A DNA stretch of 64,000 nt from the NCBI GenBank assembly GCA_002189035.1, contig NEEC01000004.1:4712001-4776000 (forward strand), in the 5' to 3' direction. The notes below the pieces were generated by a model. That model searched no databases. It was not told the origin of the DNA and was given only the letters and a program-made list of their open reading frames with translations. The position numbers and the translations under genes were made by a program. This document shows positions 1-11,631 of this stretch, piece after piece. Positions within the stretch are counted from its first letter, which is position 1. Every line of letters begins with the position of its first letter. The stretch comes from Utricularia gibba (taxonomy: Eukaryota > Plantae > Magnoliophyta).

Positions 1-807
1 ATCTCAGCAGCACTCACACAAAAAGAAAAGAGAAAACAGTTTACTATTTCCAAACATTTTACACACGAATCACACCAAAATCTCCTGATTCAACACACGC
101 ACATGGGATACTGAATACTGGTTTTGGGTCTAGCTTATTCTTCTACGAAATCCATCTACTGACAGAATCAGTATATTCCATCATGTCACCTAAATGACAC
201 CTCTATTCTCCTAACTCCCACGTCCTCTGTTTTCCAGATCACCTAACTTCCACTACTAAACAAGGTCCAGATCAGGAAAACATTGACAACAGAGAAAGTT
301 TCCACCACACAATTACATAGCTAGATGACAACATTTGTAGTCGCTTTCAGGTATTCCAAGACAAGATAGAGGACATCACTATACACCCAACAGCCTGATG
401 AGAAAAAGACTGGGGCTTAGAATCTACAACACTCAAAATGAAGAGGCGTGATAATTTTTTCTTTTTTTGTAATTATTTTTTGATGTGATTTTAAAATAGA
501 GGGATCTAGAAGACAAGTTTTTTCAATGGTGAAATATGAATGACAAGGACGCCATCTCGTTCTATAAGTTCTGGGTGCGAAACACGTGGTTTCGATTTCC
601 TGTGGAGACATGGAAACACAAACCCGTAAAGGGAAAACCTCATCAGTTTTTGGTAGAAGATGATGCAAAAAGCGATTGAGAGAACAGAAAAGGGGGAGAT
701 TCTGGAATTGGCGATGTATGACTTGTGATCTAAACAAAATAGCGGATTCAAAGAAATAAAACATAAATTAAGAATTAATGAAATTGAAGGTGGAAAAAGG
801 AGCCAAC

Positions 808-1368
808 CTGTTCGGGCCGGAGGAAAACTGTGTTCCCTAGAACAAGTACATTCCCAGATTCATCAAGCATTTTGGCGAATTCTAGGGCTTCCCTTGTATT
901 ACTGAATTCTTCGGCGCAGATCTCGATGAATTCCGAATACGAAACGGTATCCTTCTCAATCCTTTTCACCTTCGCCTTCACCGATTCCAACTGTGACAGC
1001 CTCAGAATCTTTTTAGCGTCTTCAGTAGTGAGATCCGCCTCCGTTGCCGGCGAAGCCGGAGGAATCAGGCCATGTAGCCTGATCCTGTCTCTCGTAACGT
1101 CAATTACCTGGAGTTTTTCCAAAAGCTTTTCCCCGGTCGGGAGAAACCGTAAGTCCGGAGTCACCGTAGACGATTGACGGTGTAGATATCTCCGGAAAAT
1201 GCCGTCATCTCCAGGATCCGGCATAAGTTTGCTCCTAGGCTTCTGGCGTCTTGAAACGGCGGATTCAACCGCGGCGCGCGGCGAGGATGTCCGGCAATTT
1301 GTGACGGCATAGTTCGCGATTCGCGACATTCCAAGAAGTCGTCTGGAAAACAAGTTGTTGATCGCCAT
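808..1368 (-). CDS. MCU: Mitochondrial calcium uniporter-like protein, exon 1 (gene continues beyond the window start)
   Basis: ATG at 1368. The peptide ...DRIRLHGL...DAKKILRLSQLESVK...FAKMLDESGNVLVLGNTVFLRPEQ matches the plant MCU N-terminal region. Donor CAG|GTTGG at 808/807. The transmembrane/DIME exon is not in the window. Confidence 0.85.
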
Positions 1369-1848
1369 TTTTCCCGCCACGTCCAGGAAACAGAACTCAC
1401 TACGGCGTAAGACGAATTTCTAAAATATAATCGACCCGCTCAATTTATAGGGAGGGCATGGAGGGCTATTGTGGTAATTTCCTCAATTGCACAAAGTGAC
1501 AGATGAGTTTCGGGTGAAGATTTTTCAAATATATCTTTATTTTCTTTCCAAAATCCAAATATGCAATAAAAAATTAATGTAAATAATATCCATATTTTCC
1601 TATTTTTTTATTAGGAAAATTCATAACATGATTGATTTATTACTGTCGAGTGGTTCTAAATTAGAAATTTAGTCATGTATCAAATATTATATGAAAAAAA
1701 TGGCCATTGTATATATAACTTTTTTTATCTAAATGTATAAGATAAAATGTGACAATAATCACTTTTATTTCAGATATTCCATTTTCAATTTCAATAATTA
1801 TAATTTTTTATATTATTTGTTATTTTTCTAATTGTCAATTTTTTTATT

Positions 1849-1895
1849 TAATTGGGCTTCGTACTGAAGCCCAATTACTCAGGGACGGAGGCCCA
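1849..1895. promoter_or_regulatory. Site II (TGGGCY) elements, including a perfect 12-bp inverted repeat, in the MCU/UMP1 divergent promoter
   Basis: TAATTGGGCTTC-gtact-GAAGCCCAATTA (1849-1877) plus GGCCCA near 1890. Site II motifs are established TCP-bound elements of housekeeping and mitochondrial-protein genes. Confidence 0.55.
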
Positions 1896-1961
1896 AAATG
1901 ACGGTTTTATTGTGCGGGAAGGTGAGATTTCTAAGATCCCGTGAAGGGAAATCTTCTGCGT

Positions 1962-2798
1962 ATGGGTTCTGTGAAAGAGATATCCGTAGCAGGACGTGTG
2001 GATGATCCACTGCGATATGGTCTTCATGGCGTGAAGAGCGATATTATCGAGCCGCACCCACTCGAATCTGCGTACGCATCGGTAGAAATCTCTGATTCTG
2101 CGTCTTCGATTAATGTGGTGGATTTGTGTTGAATTCATTCGTGTGCAGGCCAAGGCGAGGCAAGAAGGAGTGAAGAGGGAGATTTTGACCAACACTTATG
2201 GAGCCGCGTTTCCGATGAAGATGGACCTCGATCGCCAGATTCTCTCCAGGTTTGACCTTGAAATCAAGGGAGTGGGCAAGGCTTCTGTAGTCTGAAACGT
2301 GAACTCCCCAAATCTTTCAGAAATTGCTGAATTAAAACCTTTCAAAACCTATGTGCTCTCTAGTAATGGCTGTTTGTGAATGCTGCCCTCTCCATAGATT
2401 CCAGAGGCCTCCTGGTGCTATACCATCTTCGTTCGTCGGCCTAGAGGCCTTCTCAGGAGCTCTGGAGGATTTCGGATTTGGAGACTATCTCAATGGTAAT
2501 ACTGCACTGCTTGTGTCACATTAGGTTCTCCCGATGCGCATTCTGATTTCAGGCATCAAACATTGTGTCAGTCAATCTAGGTCACACCCTGGCAGCTGAT
2601 CTGGGGCTTGATCTTTGCACTGGAGTCTCTGTTTCTGCTCTGTGTGTGTTTGTTTGGGACATGTGAAGGGATTGCTGATGTTGGTTATGGTTTTCAGATC
2701 CCAGGGAATCGGAATCGGTTCGGCCGGTGGACATGCACCATGGAATGGAAGTGCGGCTTGGGCTGTCTAAAGGCCCGCCCTTCCCCAGTTTCATGTGA
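1962..2798 (+). CDS. UMP1: Proteasome maturation factor UMP1/POMP, 4 exons
   Basis: Exons 1962-2081, 2149-~2249, ~2399-2495 and 2699-2798 splice in frame via GT-AG to give ...DIIEPHPLES...FPMKMDLDRQILSRFQRPPGAIPSS...EDFGFGDYLNDPRESE...MHHGMEVRLGLSKGPPFPSFM*. Confidence 0.93.
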
Positions 2799-2972
2799 AG
2801 AAGCAGAGGCTCCGTCAACAACTCTTCGTGCAAGACAGATTCTCCTTTTGTACTGTAAGTTTGATTGCTACTGTAATGGACCTCATTTTCCTTGATCAAA
2901 CTGGTGTTGTGATTGGTATTCATGAAATACGGTGTGTGGAAATAACCAGAATGGATCGGATCATTCCCCATA

Positions 2973-3987
2973 TCATACCAAGTCATCTTCGTGCTTCTCT
3001 ACTTGGAAGTCATGTTTCCCATAAACAGGAGAGGCAACTCCAAGAACCAGCAATGCAGCCAGCACAAGAACAAGAATACCCAAAATGTTCACCAGCATGG
3101 CCTCTGTCGAGTACCGTAACACGACCTCCGACGAATACCGAGATACTATCTCTGATGTCTGGAGAAAGGTGAGCTTCTCTATGAAACCAGTAATGCAGGT
3201 AGCTACACCAAGAAGGTAGATGCAAATCCCATAGTAAGCATGCCAAGGTAACATTCTTGCTCGACTTTTTTTAGACCCGCCAGGGAACCAGAAGGTTAAA
3301 AACCCAGAAATCCACTGCAAGGAGTGGCGATGATCAAACACTTTAAAGGAAGCTTAGTTGATAAACGAAGCTTCGTAACAGACGTGCGAGTATTACCTGA
3401 ACTGCAAACAGGAAGAGGCAGGCGAGGCCTAACCATGAATGAAGACTGTAGAAGTTGTCTACTCCTTGATCGACATGAAACTTCCAAATCGCGACGAACC
3501 CGATCATGCTCAGAACGAAGGTGAGGAATTGCAGGGAGAGATGAAGAAACTTCTTGAACAGTTTAGTTCCCGAAACTGTCTTGTACACTAGAAGTGCTGC
3601 AATCGACGAATCGCAGTTTCAGCACACACTTCTTCTTCATCAGACGCGTCGGAAGTAGTAACAGATTGAAAATTGGAAACTGAAAACAGTGAGTTGGTGT
3701 CGCTTACCCTCGCCATGGATGACAACGTGGGCAATCACCATCAACACCGGGTGAGCCTGGATCAACATCGCGAAAATCGCAATTCAAGTGTCAAATCAGT
3801 GTCCCAGGACAAATCTAGAGCTGGAAAAGTAAGAAGTTACGTTGGAGAGAAGACTCTTGTTCTCCGGGACGAGAGCAAAGCCGCCTCTGTAACGTACATT
3901 CCAGAGTAGAACAAGCGCCGTCACTGCAAAAGCGATTACTCTCACCAGAACGAAGATCGGGAAACGCACTACCGGAAGCGCCGCCAT
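2973..3987 (-). CDS. CYB561: Cytochrome b561 (transmembrane ascorbate ferrireductase), tandem copy A, 4 exons
   Basis: Motifs HPVLM, KKFLHLSLQ, DNFYSLHSWLG and LPWH carry the four heme-ligand His residues. Splice phases are consistent. Confidence 0.92.
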
Positions 3988-4563
3988 TGTGCAAGCTTCG
4001 CTTCTACTCTCCTGTACTCAGATCCCGTCGGCAGACGGCGGCATTTCTTTCTTTTCGTGCTGGGCAAAGCCAAAAGAAGATATCACGAGAGACTGACCCC
4101 ACCGACAAAACACAGCTCAGTGGCACTCTTTAAATTTAAAAAATAATATCCACTAACATTGAAATAATATCATACTATTTAAATTCCCAAAATTAAATAA
4201 AAAAACCACATTATTTGTACGTCTAGGGTTCCTGGTTTCTGATTGGTTAATTATTCTTTTGTGAAGGCGATTTATTTAATACTATTAAATTTTTCTTACA
4301 ACCATCGCCATCCCTGCGCTATCATGCGCCGGTGTTTTTTAAATGGGGCGGCTCTGTAACTTTGTTAGTGCACCATGGCGGATTTTGAACTACCACATCC
4401 AACAACTCTCCCTGCTCGCATTTCTCTGGCCACAGGCCCACAAGGAGAGGATTTGTATGAACCAGTCATTGTTGGTGATGATAGTCATCCTCCCCTGTCA
4501 CATTTTTGACATTAACGCAAGTAAAAACGAAACTGGTAATCATAACAAACCGGGGCTCTGCTG

Positions 4564-5637
4564 CTACTCTATGCTAAAGTCACCTTTTCCGTTCGCCGGA
4601 GAGACGACTCCCAGAACCACCAAACCGGCCAACACAGATATCAGCAAACCCAAGGAGTTCACAAGCATCGCCTCAGTGGAGTAGCGAGTCACGAGCTTTG
4701 CTGCCTGAAGAAATGTAAGCTTTTCTAAGAGGCCTGTGACGCAGGTAGCTGCAGCGAGGATGTAGATGTAGAGCCCCAAATAGAGGTGCCACGGTAACAA
4801 GTTTGCTCGACTGGTTCTTGATCCACCAGGGTACCAGAAGGTAAGGAACCCTGCACCCCACTGCAGGACATTTGAGGAGGATTGGATGAGCAATTGAGCA
4901 ACTTTGCCTTAGCAAGTGAATGGCATGGAAATGGATGAGTATACCTGAGCTGCAAACATGAAGAGGCAGGCGAGGCCTAGCCAAGAATGGAGGCTATAGA
5001 AGTTGTCAATGCCTCTGTCGATATGGAACTTCCAAGCTGCCCAAAGTCCGATGATGCTCAAAACGAAAGCAAGGAACTGAAGGGAAAGATGGACCAATTT
5101 TCTAAATGCTTTCGTTCCTGGAATAGTCTTGTAAGCCAATATGGCTGCAAGGGGCAACATGGAATAGCAGTTAAGATCATAGCAATCAAGCAGAAAATGT
5201 TACAACCCTCGTTCTCAGCAACCAGAAACAAAAGAATGCCGGGAATTGCAGAAAGTAATGTTCAAAGACTGAAACTCCAACTCACAGGAACACACATTTC
5301 AGATATTTCCATCAGATCTACAATAAAATGAATTCAAGGTTAAATGATACGCTAAACTCACCCTCGCCATGGATAATCAAGAGCCCGATCACCATCAAAA
5401 CCGGGTGAACCTGGAAAACGAAAAATCCCCAAAATCACTGCCGCGTCTAATCGAGAAATTAAGAACCCCAAAAACAGCAAGAACAAACGTTACATTGAAA
5501 ATAAGCATCTTGTCCTCCGACACGAGAGCCAAGCCGCCTCTATAGTGCACTTTCCAAATCAAAACGAGCGCCGTCACAACAAAACCGATAACTCTCACCA
5601 GAACGAAGATCGGAAAGCGCACGGACGGAGCTGCCAT
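4564..5637 (-). CDS. CYB561: Cytochrome b561 (transmembrane ascorbate ferrireductase), tandem copy B, 4 exons
   Basis: MAAPSVRFPIF..., VHPVLMVIGLLIIHGE, DNFYSLHSWLG, FWYPGGSRTSRANLLPWH...RYSTEAMLVN. Same intron positions as copy A. Confidence 0.93.
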
Positions 5638-5914
5638 GGTAAAATCTCGGAGAAGCGGATAAAATAAACACGACAAAACAGACAAGAAGCACTGAGCGAT
5701 TTTCTAGCGCTTCACTTCTCAGATCTCCGATGGTGGCCACTGACCAGTAGCAGTCGACTTTCAAAATATAGCACAGGATAGAGGAAGCTGACAGAACGTG
5801 TTGGTCGATTTTTCTGTTCATAAATATACAGTTTAATATTATTAATTTAAATCTAAGGTGTACGGCAAACGAAGAATTCCAGGGCGAATGAAACTTCAAC
5901 AGGAATGGTTCAGT

Positions 5915-8717
5915 TCAGTGTGTTCGCCAGCTGCTTTCAGAATCATCCACGAGTTCGGAGGTGTTGTAGTCGCCGAACGCCATCCTCCTCAGCATTCGGA
6001 TCTGTGCGGAGTGCTCATGCGAATCGAAAACGCCGCTCTGACCTGGTTTCATTCCGTTATTGAGATCCGACACGGCGTCCATGGAGTCGAAGGTTCTCAC
6101 GATCTGAAAACGGTAGGAGCTCAGGCAACCCTAATGGGGGAATAGAAGGGAAGCAGATGTACCTGGCTCATTTTAGGCCTTCTGGACGCGGAGTGGCGCA
6201 CGCAAGCAGCAGCTGCTTTGATCATGATGTGCATTTCGGAGGGGATGAAACTGTTTCCGAGCTTCGGGTCAACTAAGGCATCGAAGGCTTGTGTTTCGAT
6301 GGCTTGGGCAAGCAATGGTCTAGCCTGGGAACAAGGAGAACACAGAGCTCTGTTGAGAGCAGAGAAAATCTTGGCATGAGAGAAAGGCTGAGCTCACCCA
6401 TTCCACCAGGCTTTCATCTCCCAAGGGCTGTGATGAGTCGACAGGCTTGCGACCGGTAATGAGTTCCAACAGCACAACTCCGAAGGAAAAAACATCGGAT
6501 TTCTCAGTCAGCTTTCCTGTTGATGCATATTCCGGAGCCAAGTACCTGTAAGACAGGAATCAGGGGAAGCTGGCATGTAAACGATCAAGTTCTTGGGTTT
6601 CGCAAGGAATTAAACGAGAAGGATCTTGAGAGAGAGCATAACAATACCCAAAAGTCCCATTACACGGGTGGAAACATGGGTATACAACTCCAGTTCCAGT
6701 GCAAGTTTCGCAAGACCAAAATCTGCAACCTGATTGACATAACACCAATAAGCTGAAAACTTGCAGAGAACAGGCGAATGCAGCAGTTACCTGTGCTTCG
6801 AAGTTGTTATCAAGGAGGATGTTGGTGGACTTAATGTCTCTGTGAATGATGCGGGGTTGGCCTAGATACACAGAACCGAACTTTATGAGGAGCCTCAACG
6901 AAAGGCAGGGCGTATTAAGTAAAAGGAGGATCAAACTAACAGTCTTCATGAAGGTAAGCTATTCCGCGTGCTGCACCAGCTGCAACTTTAACCCGACTAG
7001 CCCAGTTCATCACAGGCTTGCCCTCACCTGCAAAGCACTGTTATCTCAGTTGCTGAAGGAATAACCAGTGTTGATTTGATCTCTTACCATGGAGATGGTA
7101 GTGGAGGGTGTTATTGGGTACATAGTCATACACGAGCAACCTTTGATTCTCAGCAATGCAGTATCCCACCATTGACACCAGATGCCTATGGTGTATTCGG
7201 CTGATGGTCTCAACTTCTGCTCTGAACTCACGTTCCCCTTGTCCACCCCCAGCTTTTAACTTTTTGACAGCAACTGGTCTACCGTCGGAGAGCACCCCTT
7301 TATAAACACACCCAAATCCACCTTCTCCCAGAATATTGTCAGGTGAAAACTCATTAGTAGCATCATAAAGTTCTTCATACAAAAACCATGACTTAGAAGC
7401 TCTTATGCTATGCTCGGGCGAGCCACTTGGAGCTAGCTTAGCTGAACTTCTGAGTCTTTGGGATGATGAAGCTGTGAAGAACACACCAGTATACTTCATT
7501 AAAGTCATGCACAAGACTATGACAGGGGCAAAGGTCAAAAACTCATGGTAAGTGAATTGCTATCACAGGCATATGAGTATCCCACAACAGCTTGAAGGCT
7601 CATAAATTGCAGCTAGTAATCAATGCAATTGCATACTGCTCAACAGTGATAATGACGTCACAAGAATGATTTGAATGTTACCTGAATTCTGTGAGGAAGC
7701 AAAGGGAGATCTGTCCATAGTATCAAACCCCTTCTTTCTCCTTTTCCTACGGTTAAACCACACAGCCACAATGAAGATACTCAGGGCCAGAACGCCCAAA
7801 AAGCTCCCTATGATAGCGATAGCGCCAGCTCTTTGACCCCCAGATTTTGTTGTTGCAACTGAAGTTTGATTAAAACCAGCTTCAATTCTTGGGGTTGGAT
7901 GAGACGGTTGCATTTTTCCATCAGCAGAATTGCCATGGGAGGGAGTAAAAAGTGGAGTAGAAGATGGGGAGGCCCTTGAAGGAGGCAGCGGAGGAGGAGG
8001 AGCCTTTGAAGGAGGAGGTGTAGGTTGAGGAATGTGCTTTTCGGAACGAGTAGCCGGTGGCAGTGGCGGTGGTGAAGAGGAAGACAAAGAGGGATTCCCA
8101 GGTGTGGAACTGGTCGCCGGGCGAGGTGGCGCCGGAGGTGGAAGTGTGTGTTTTGTTGCTTTGGAGGCTGGCGACGGTGGTGGTGGTGAAAATGAAACTG
8201 GAGCTGCAGGAGAAAGATCAGTTGGTGGAGAGACGATTGGAGAGTTAGAAATCAGTGGAGGGGGAGGAGAAGGAGATTCTAAAAATGGTGGAACAGTTGA
8301 AGGAGGCGGTAGTGTCGAAATTGGCGGAGAAGGTGGACTGCCAGCAGGAGTAGGAACAATAACAGTGGATGGTGGGATTGCCGCCGGAGGCAGCGGCGGA
8401 GATGAAGGAACAGTCGTTGCCGGTGGCGAAAATGATGTCGGCGGAGGCGATTCTGAATCTGCCGGAGGAGGCAACTCTGAATCTACCGGAGGAGGCGACT
8501 CTGAGTCTGCCGGAGGAGGCGACTCTGAATCTGCCGGCGAGAAAGGAGGCGAAGAAGACTCTGGCGGTGACGCAAAGAAAATAAGCGGACTGGACGGAGT
8601 AGGCGCAGGGTTAGTTGTTTGTGAAGATGCATTGAATCCTGAAGAATTGGAATCTGAAACAGATGGCGGCAGAGCCGCCGGAGAGTAACTGGGGGAAAGA
8701 ATTGACACCATCGCCAT
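5915..8717 (-). CDS. PERK: Proline-rich extensin-like receptor kinase (PERK8/9/10-like); one apparent 1-nt frameshift at 6656-6658
   Basis: Ser/Pro-rich ectodomain, TM ([23 protein letters not shown]) and RRKRRKK. Kinase motifs [41 protein letters not shown] and [19 protein letters not shown] are spread over spliceable exons. Confidence 0.9.
8440..8535 (-). repeat. 4 x 24-nt tandem repeat encoding (A/V)DSE(S/L)PPP in the PERK ectodomain
   Basis: Units GG(C/A)GGAGGC(G/A)A(T/C)TCTGA(A/G)TCT(G/A)CC start at 8440, 8464, 8488 and 8512. Confidence 0.85.
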
Positions 8718-10455
8718 TTTCTCCCTAACTAAACTCTGAATCCCAACAACACAAAATCACCATACTTCTCAGGTTTCCCCACAAAAACCCAGATCAGCAA
8801 CCCCTGCCCAAGAAAGAAATCAAGAACAGAAACACAAATTAAAAGCAATCCCAAACTCAAAAACCCAAATGCAGCTCACCACAACTATCAACCCGTACAA
8901 CACGAGCAAAAAATCAGACAAAAAAGCAGCCCACAACCCTGAAATCACAGAAAGCAAACAAAATTCCCCACATAACTTATTCTCCACAGCCAGATAAAAG
9001 CAGGCAACAACCCAAATTGGAGTAAAAATGCAACAAAAACTGTCGGGCAAACCAGTCCCTTACCTCCGACCAAGAAAACTTTGCTTACCCAGAAAAAAGT
9101 TGCCGCATTTCTCCAAATAAACTCCATCCAAAATCTGCATCCTTAACCCTTACTCCTCCACTACGTTCCGTCATTCTCTTCAGAACTGCTCCCTCTTTCT
9201 GGATCGGGCCAAAGTTTGGTTATTCCTATTTATACCTCCACCTGACTGGATATTCAGCGTCATTTCACTTTCCCTGCGAAGCGATCCGTGACCGGGATTC
9301 AAAGAAGCCATGACATTTTTCACTAGTCCCCAGTCTTCTTCTTCTACACCTCGATTCGGCAATTCCCCTGTAAATATACGCTGGGAACTTTAAATACAAC
9401 GGCTTTTGCAGTTAAAATCTTCTTCAATACATTCAGTACGCTATTCTTGTAATACTAAAATTTAAAAAAAATTCCACAATATTATATCAAAAAAAATATT
9501 TGTGCACTCCTGTTTTATTTTTTATTTAAAAATAATTTCGTAGGTTCTTCCGGGAAGAACTAGCGCAGGGTGACCCGGCCGGGCTATAGCCCTAGTCTCT
9601 GGGAGACCAGCCCAAGCCCCACAAGGTTGCGAGCCCAGGTCAGAGGAGGCCTATGGTTGGACTTCGTTGGAATATGTTCCATATATTATATTGATTACGA
9701 ATAAAATAAAGAATATGTTTAAATAAACAGATTATTCTAATTTTGAAAAAGATATTTTATTTGGAAAAAAATAATATAAAATTATAAGAGACGAATATTT
9801 GAAACTAATAATATCATACAAAAGAAATATAAACCATGGTATTAGATATGTTTCATCATGTTTATATTTTTGTAAAAACATTGTGAAAAAAATTTAGCTA
9901 TGAAATACATGAGTTTAAATTATAGATGTTTATTTTTACTTTTCATTAGTTTTGGTATACTTTCTTTTCAAAATTAAAATACGATATCTATGATTTTAGA
10001 AGACATACTCGAAATAGTTATAGAAACTGCAAGTATTTTCATGGTAATGTAAATACTTGAATCATATATTGCGTATAAATAAACATGAAATTGAAATGGA
10101 TTGTTTGATAAGAGATTATAGATGCATATATATCGTTATTTGATTTATTAGTATACATATAACAATTTTACATGGTTATACACTTGACATGCTCATTTTT
10201 TAAGTATATAAGTAGTATATACAAATGGAGGGGTATCTAGTTATATGTATATTATTCATATACGAAGATTTCTATTTTTCGTATATCAAACGTTATCTAC
10301 AAATTACATTATACTTAAACATACTAATGCATCTATCAAATAACCCAGAAGTAACATATGAATACTATAGCATTGTGTTACATAGGAGATCCACCACAAG
10401 AGACAAACCAAATCACTTGTTTTGTGGTTGACAAAGCCGCTTTATTGGACGCTTG

Positions 10456-10529
10456 CGGGGCCCATCGTGATACTCTCAAACCACATAATGTTCAGACAAC
10501 TGTTGGCCACCAGTTGTTCGACACGTGGC
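10456..10529 (+). promoter_or_regulatory. GGGGCCCA (TCP-like) and GACACGTGGC (G-box/ABRE) motifs upstream of the CO-like gene
   Basis: The motifs are seen at ~10457-10464 and 10520-10529. Function is inferred only from consensus similarity. Confidence 0.35.
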
Positions 10530-10659
10530 GGAAGAAGAGTTGGCCACGAGTCCGGGGGTTGTACGTTTACGATTTGGCCCATTTATTGGGTTTTTTTTTT
10601 ATTCCCTACAGTTGTACTCTTCTTGTAGTATAGCTTCGGGGCGACCAAATCAACGGAAA

Positions 10660-11631
10660 ATGATGAATATGAAGGCCACCGGCGTCCTCTGCGAAGGCTG
10701 CCGGGCTGCCGAATCCGCCGTGTACTGCCGGGTGGACGCGGCGTACCTCTGCGTCAGCTGTGACTCACGCATCCACATCACTGCGCTTCATCATGACCGT
10801 GTCCGGCTGTGCGCATCCTGCTCGTACGCCCCTGCCGTCGTTCTGTGTAAAGCCGATTCGGCTTCACTCTGCATCGCTTGCGACCATAAAATCCACTCCG
10901 CCAATCTTCTGGCAGCACGCCACCACCGCGTCCCAATCCAGCCGATGACGGATGCTATCCCGGCCCTCCACGGCATACCTTTACTGGGTCTAACATACCG
11001 GAAAGCTCTGATGGGGGAGCTATGGAGAACGATGCAGATGAAGATGATGAGGAGGAAGCCGCGTCGTGGCTTCTGCTTAATCCTCCCAACGGCAAGGCCA
11101 ACCGCAACGACGGCCTGCGGTTCGGCGAGTTTCTCGAGCTCGCTGATTTCGGCTCTTCTCCTAATTTGGATCAGTGTAATAAAGAGGAGAGCAATCAGAA
11201 GCAGGAATACAATGTTCACCAAAGACAATTTTTTCAGTTGGGAATGAAGTACGAGGACCCAAAAGCAGTAGACTTCGTCCCTGCATCTTCATTCTACAGC
11301 ACTGTGAGTTAGCTGACTTGATATCCTTGAACTTCAGAAACACTATCAGCTTGGAATATGCTAAAATCTTTCTGCTTGCACGCATGAATAGCCAAGTATG
11401 GCTCCAGATACAGCTACACAGGGCTCATTCTCTCAAACAAAGCAGCTTAGAGATGATGCCTCAGATCCATTCCCAGGCTGTGCGGTGGACAGAGAAGCCA
11501 GGGTGTTGAGATACAGAGAGAAGAAGAAGAGCAGGAGGTTCGAGAAGACAATCCGGTATGCCTCCCGGAAGGCATACGCTGAGGTGAGGCCGAGGATTAA
11601 AGGCCGGTTTGTCAAACAGGCAGATGGATGA
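10660..11631 (+). CDS. CO: CONSTANS/COL1/COL2-type two-B-box + CCT protein; apparent 1-nt frameshift at ~10950
   Basis: Two B-boxes (CEGC...CVSCD..IH; CASC...CIACD..IHSAN..ARHHRVP), the group Ia motif [13 protein letters not shown], a single intron (~11306-11390) and the CCT domain [43 protein letters not shown]. Confidence 0.88.

Noticed and set aside
2582-2986. 134-aa - strand ORF starting at the b561-A stop
   Set aside because: Overlaps UMP1 exon 4 and intron antisense plus 3'UTR; no recognisable motif and it abuts another gene's stop.
8032-8688. 218-aa Gly/Glu-rich ORF on the + strand
   Set aside because: Exact antisense shadow of the Pro/Ser-rich PERK ectodomain.
10525-10659. N-terminal extension of the CO ORF from a GTG start
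   Set aside because: Non-ATG start called by the ORF finder; the T-rich UTR-like sequence precedes the plausible ATG at 10660.
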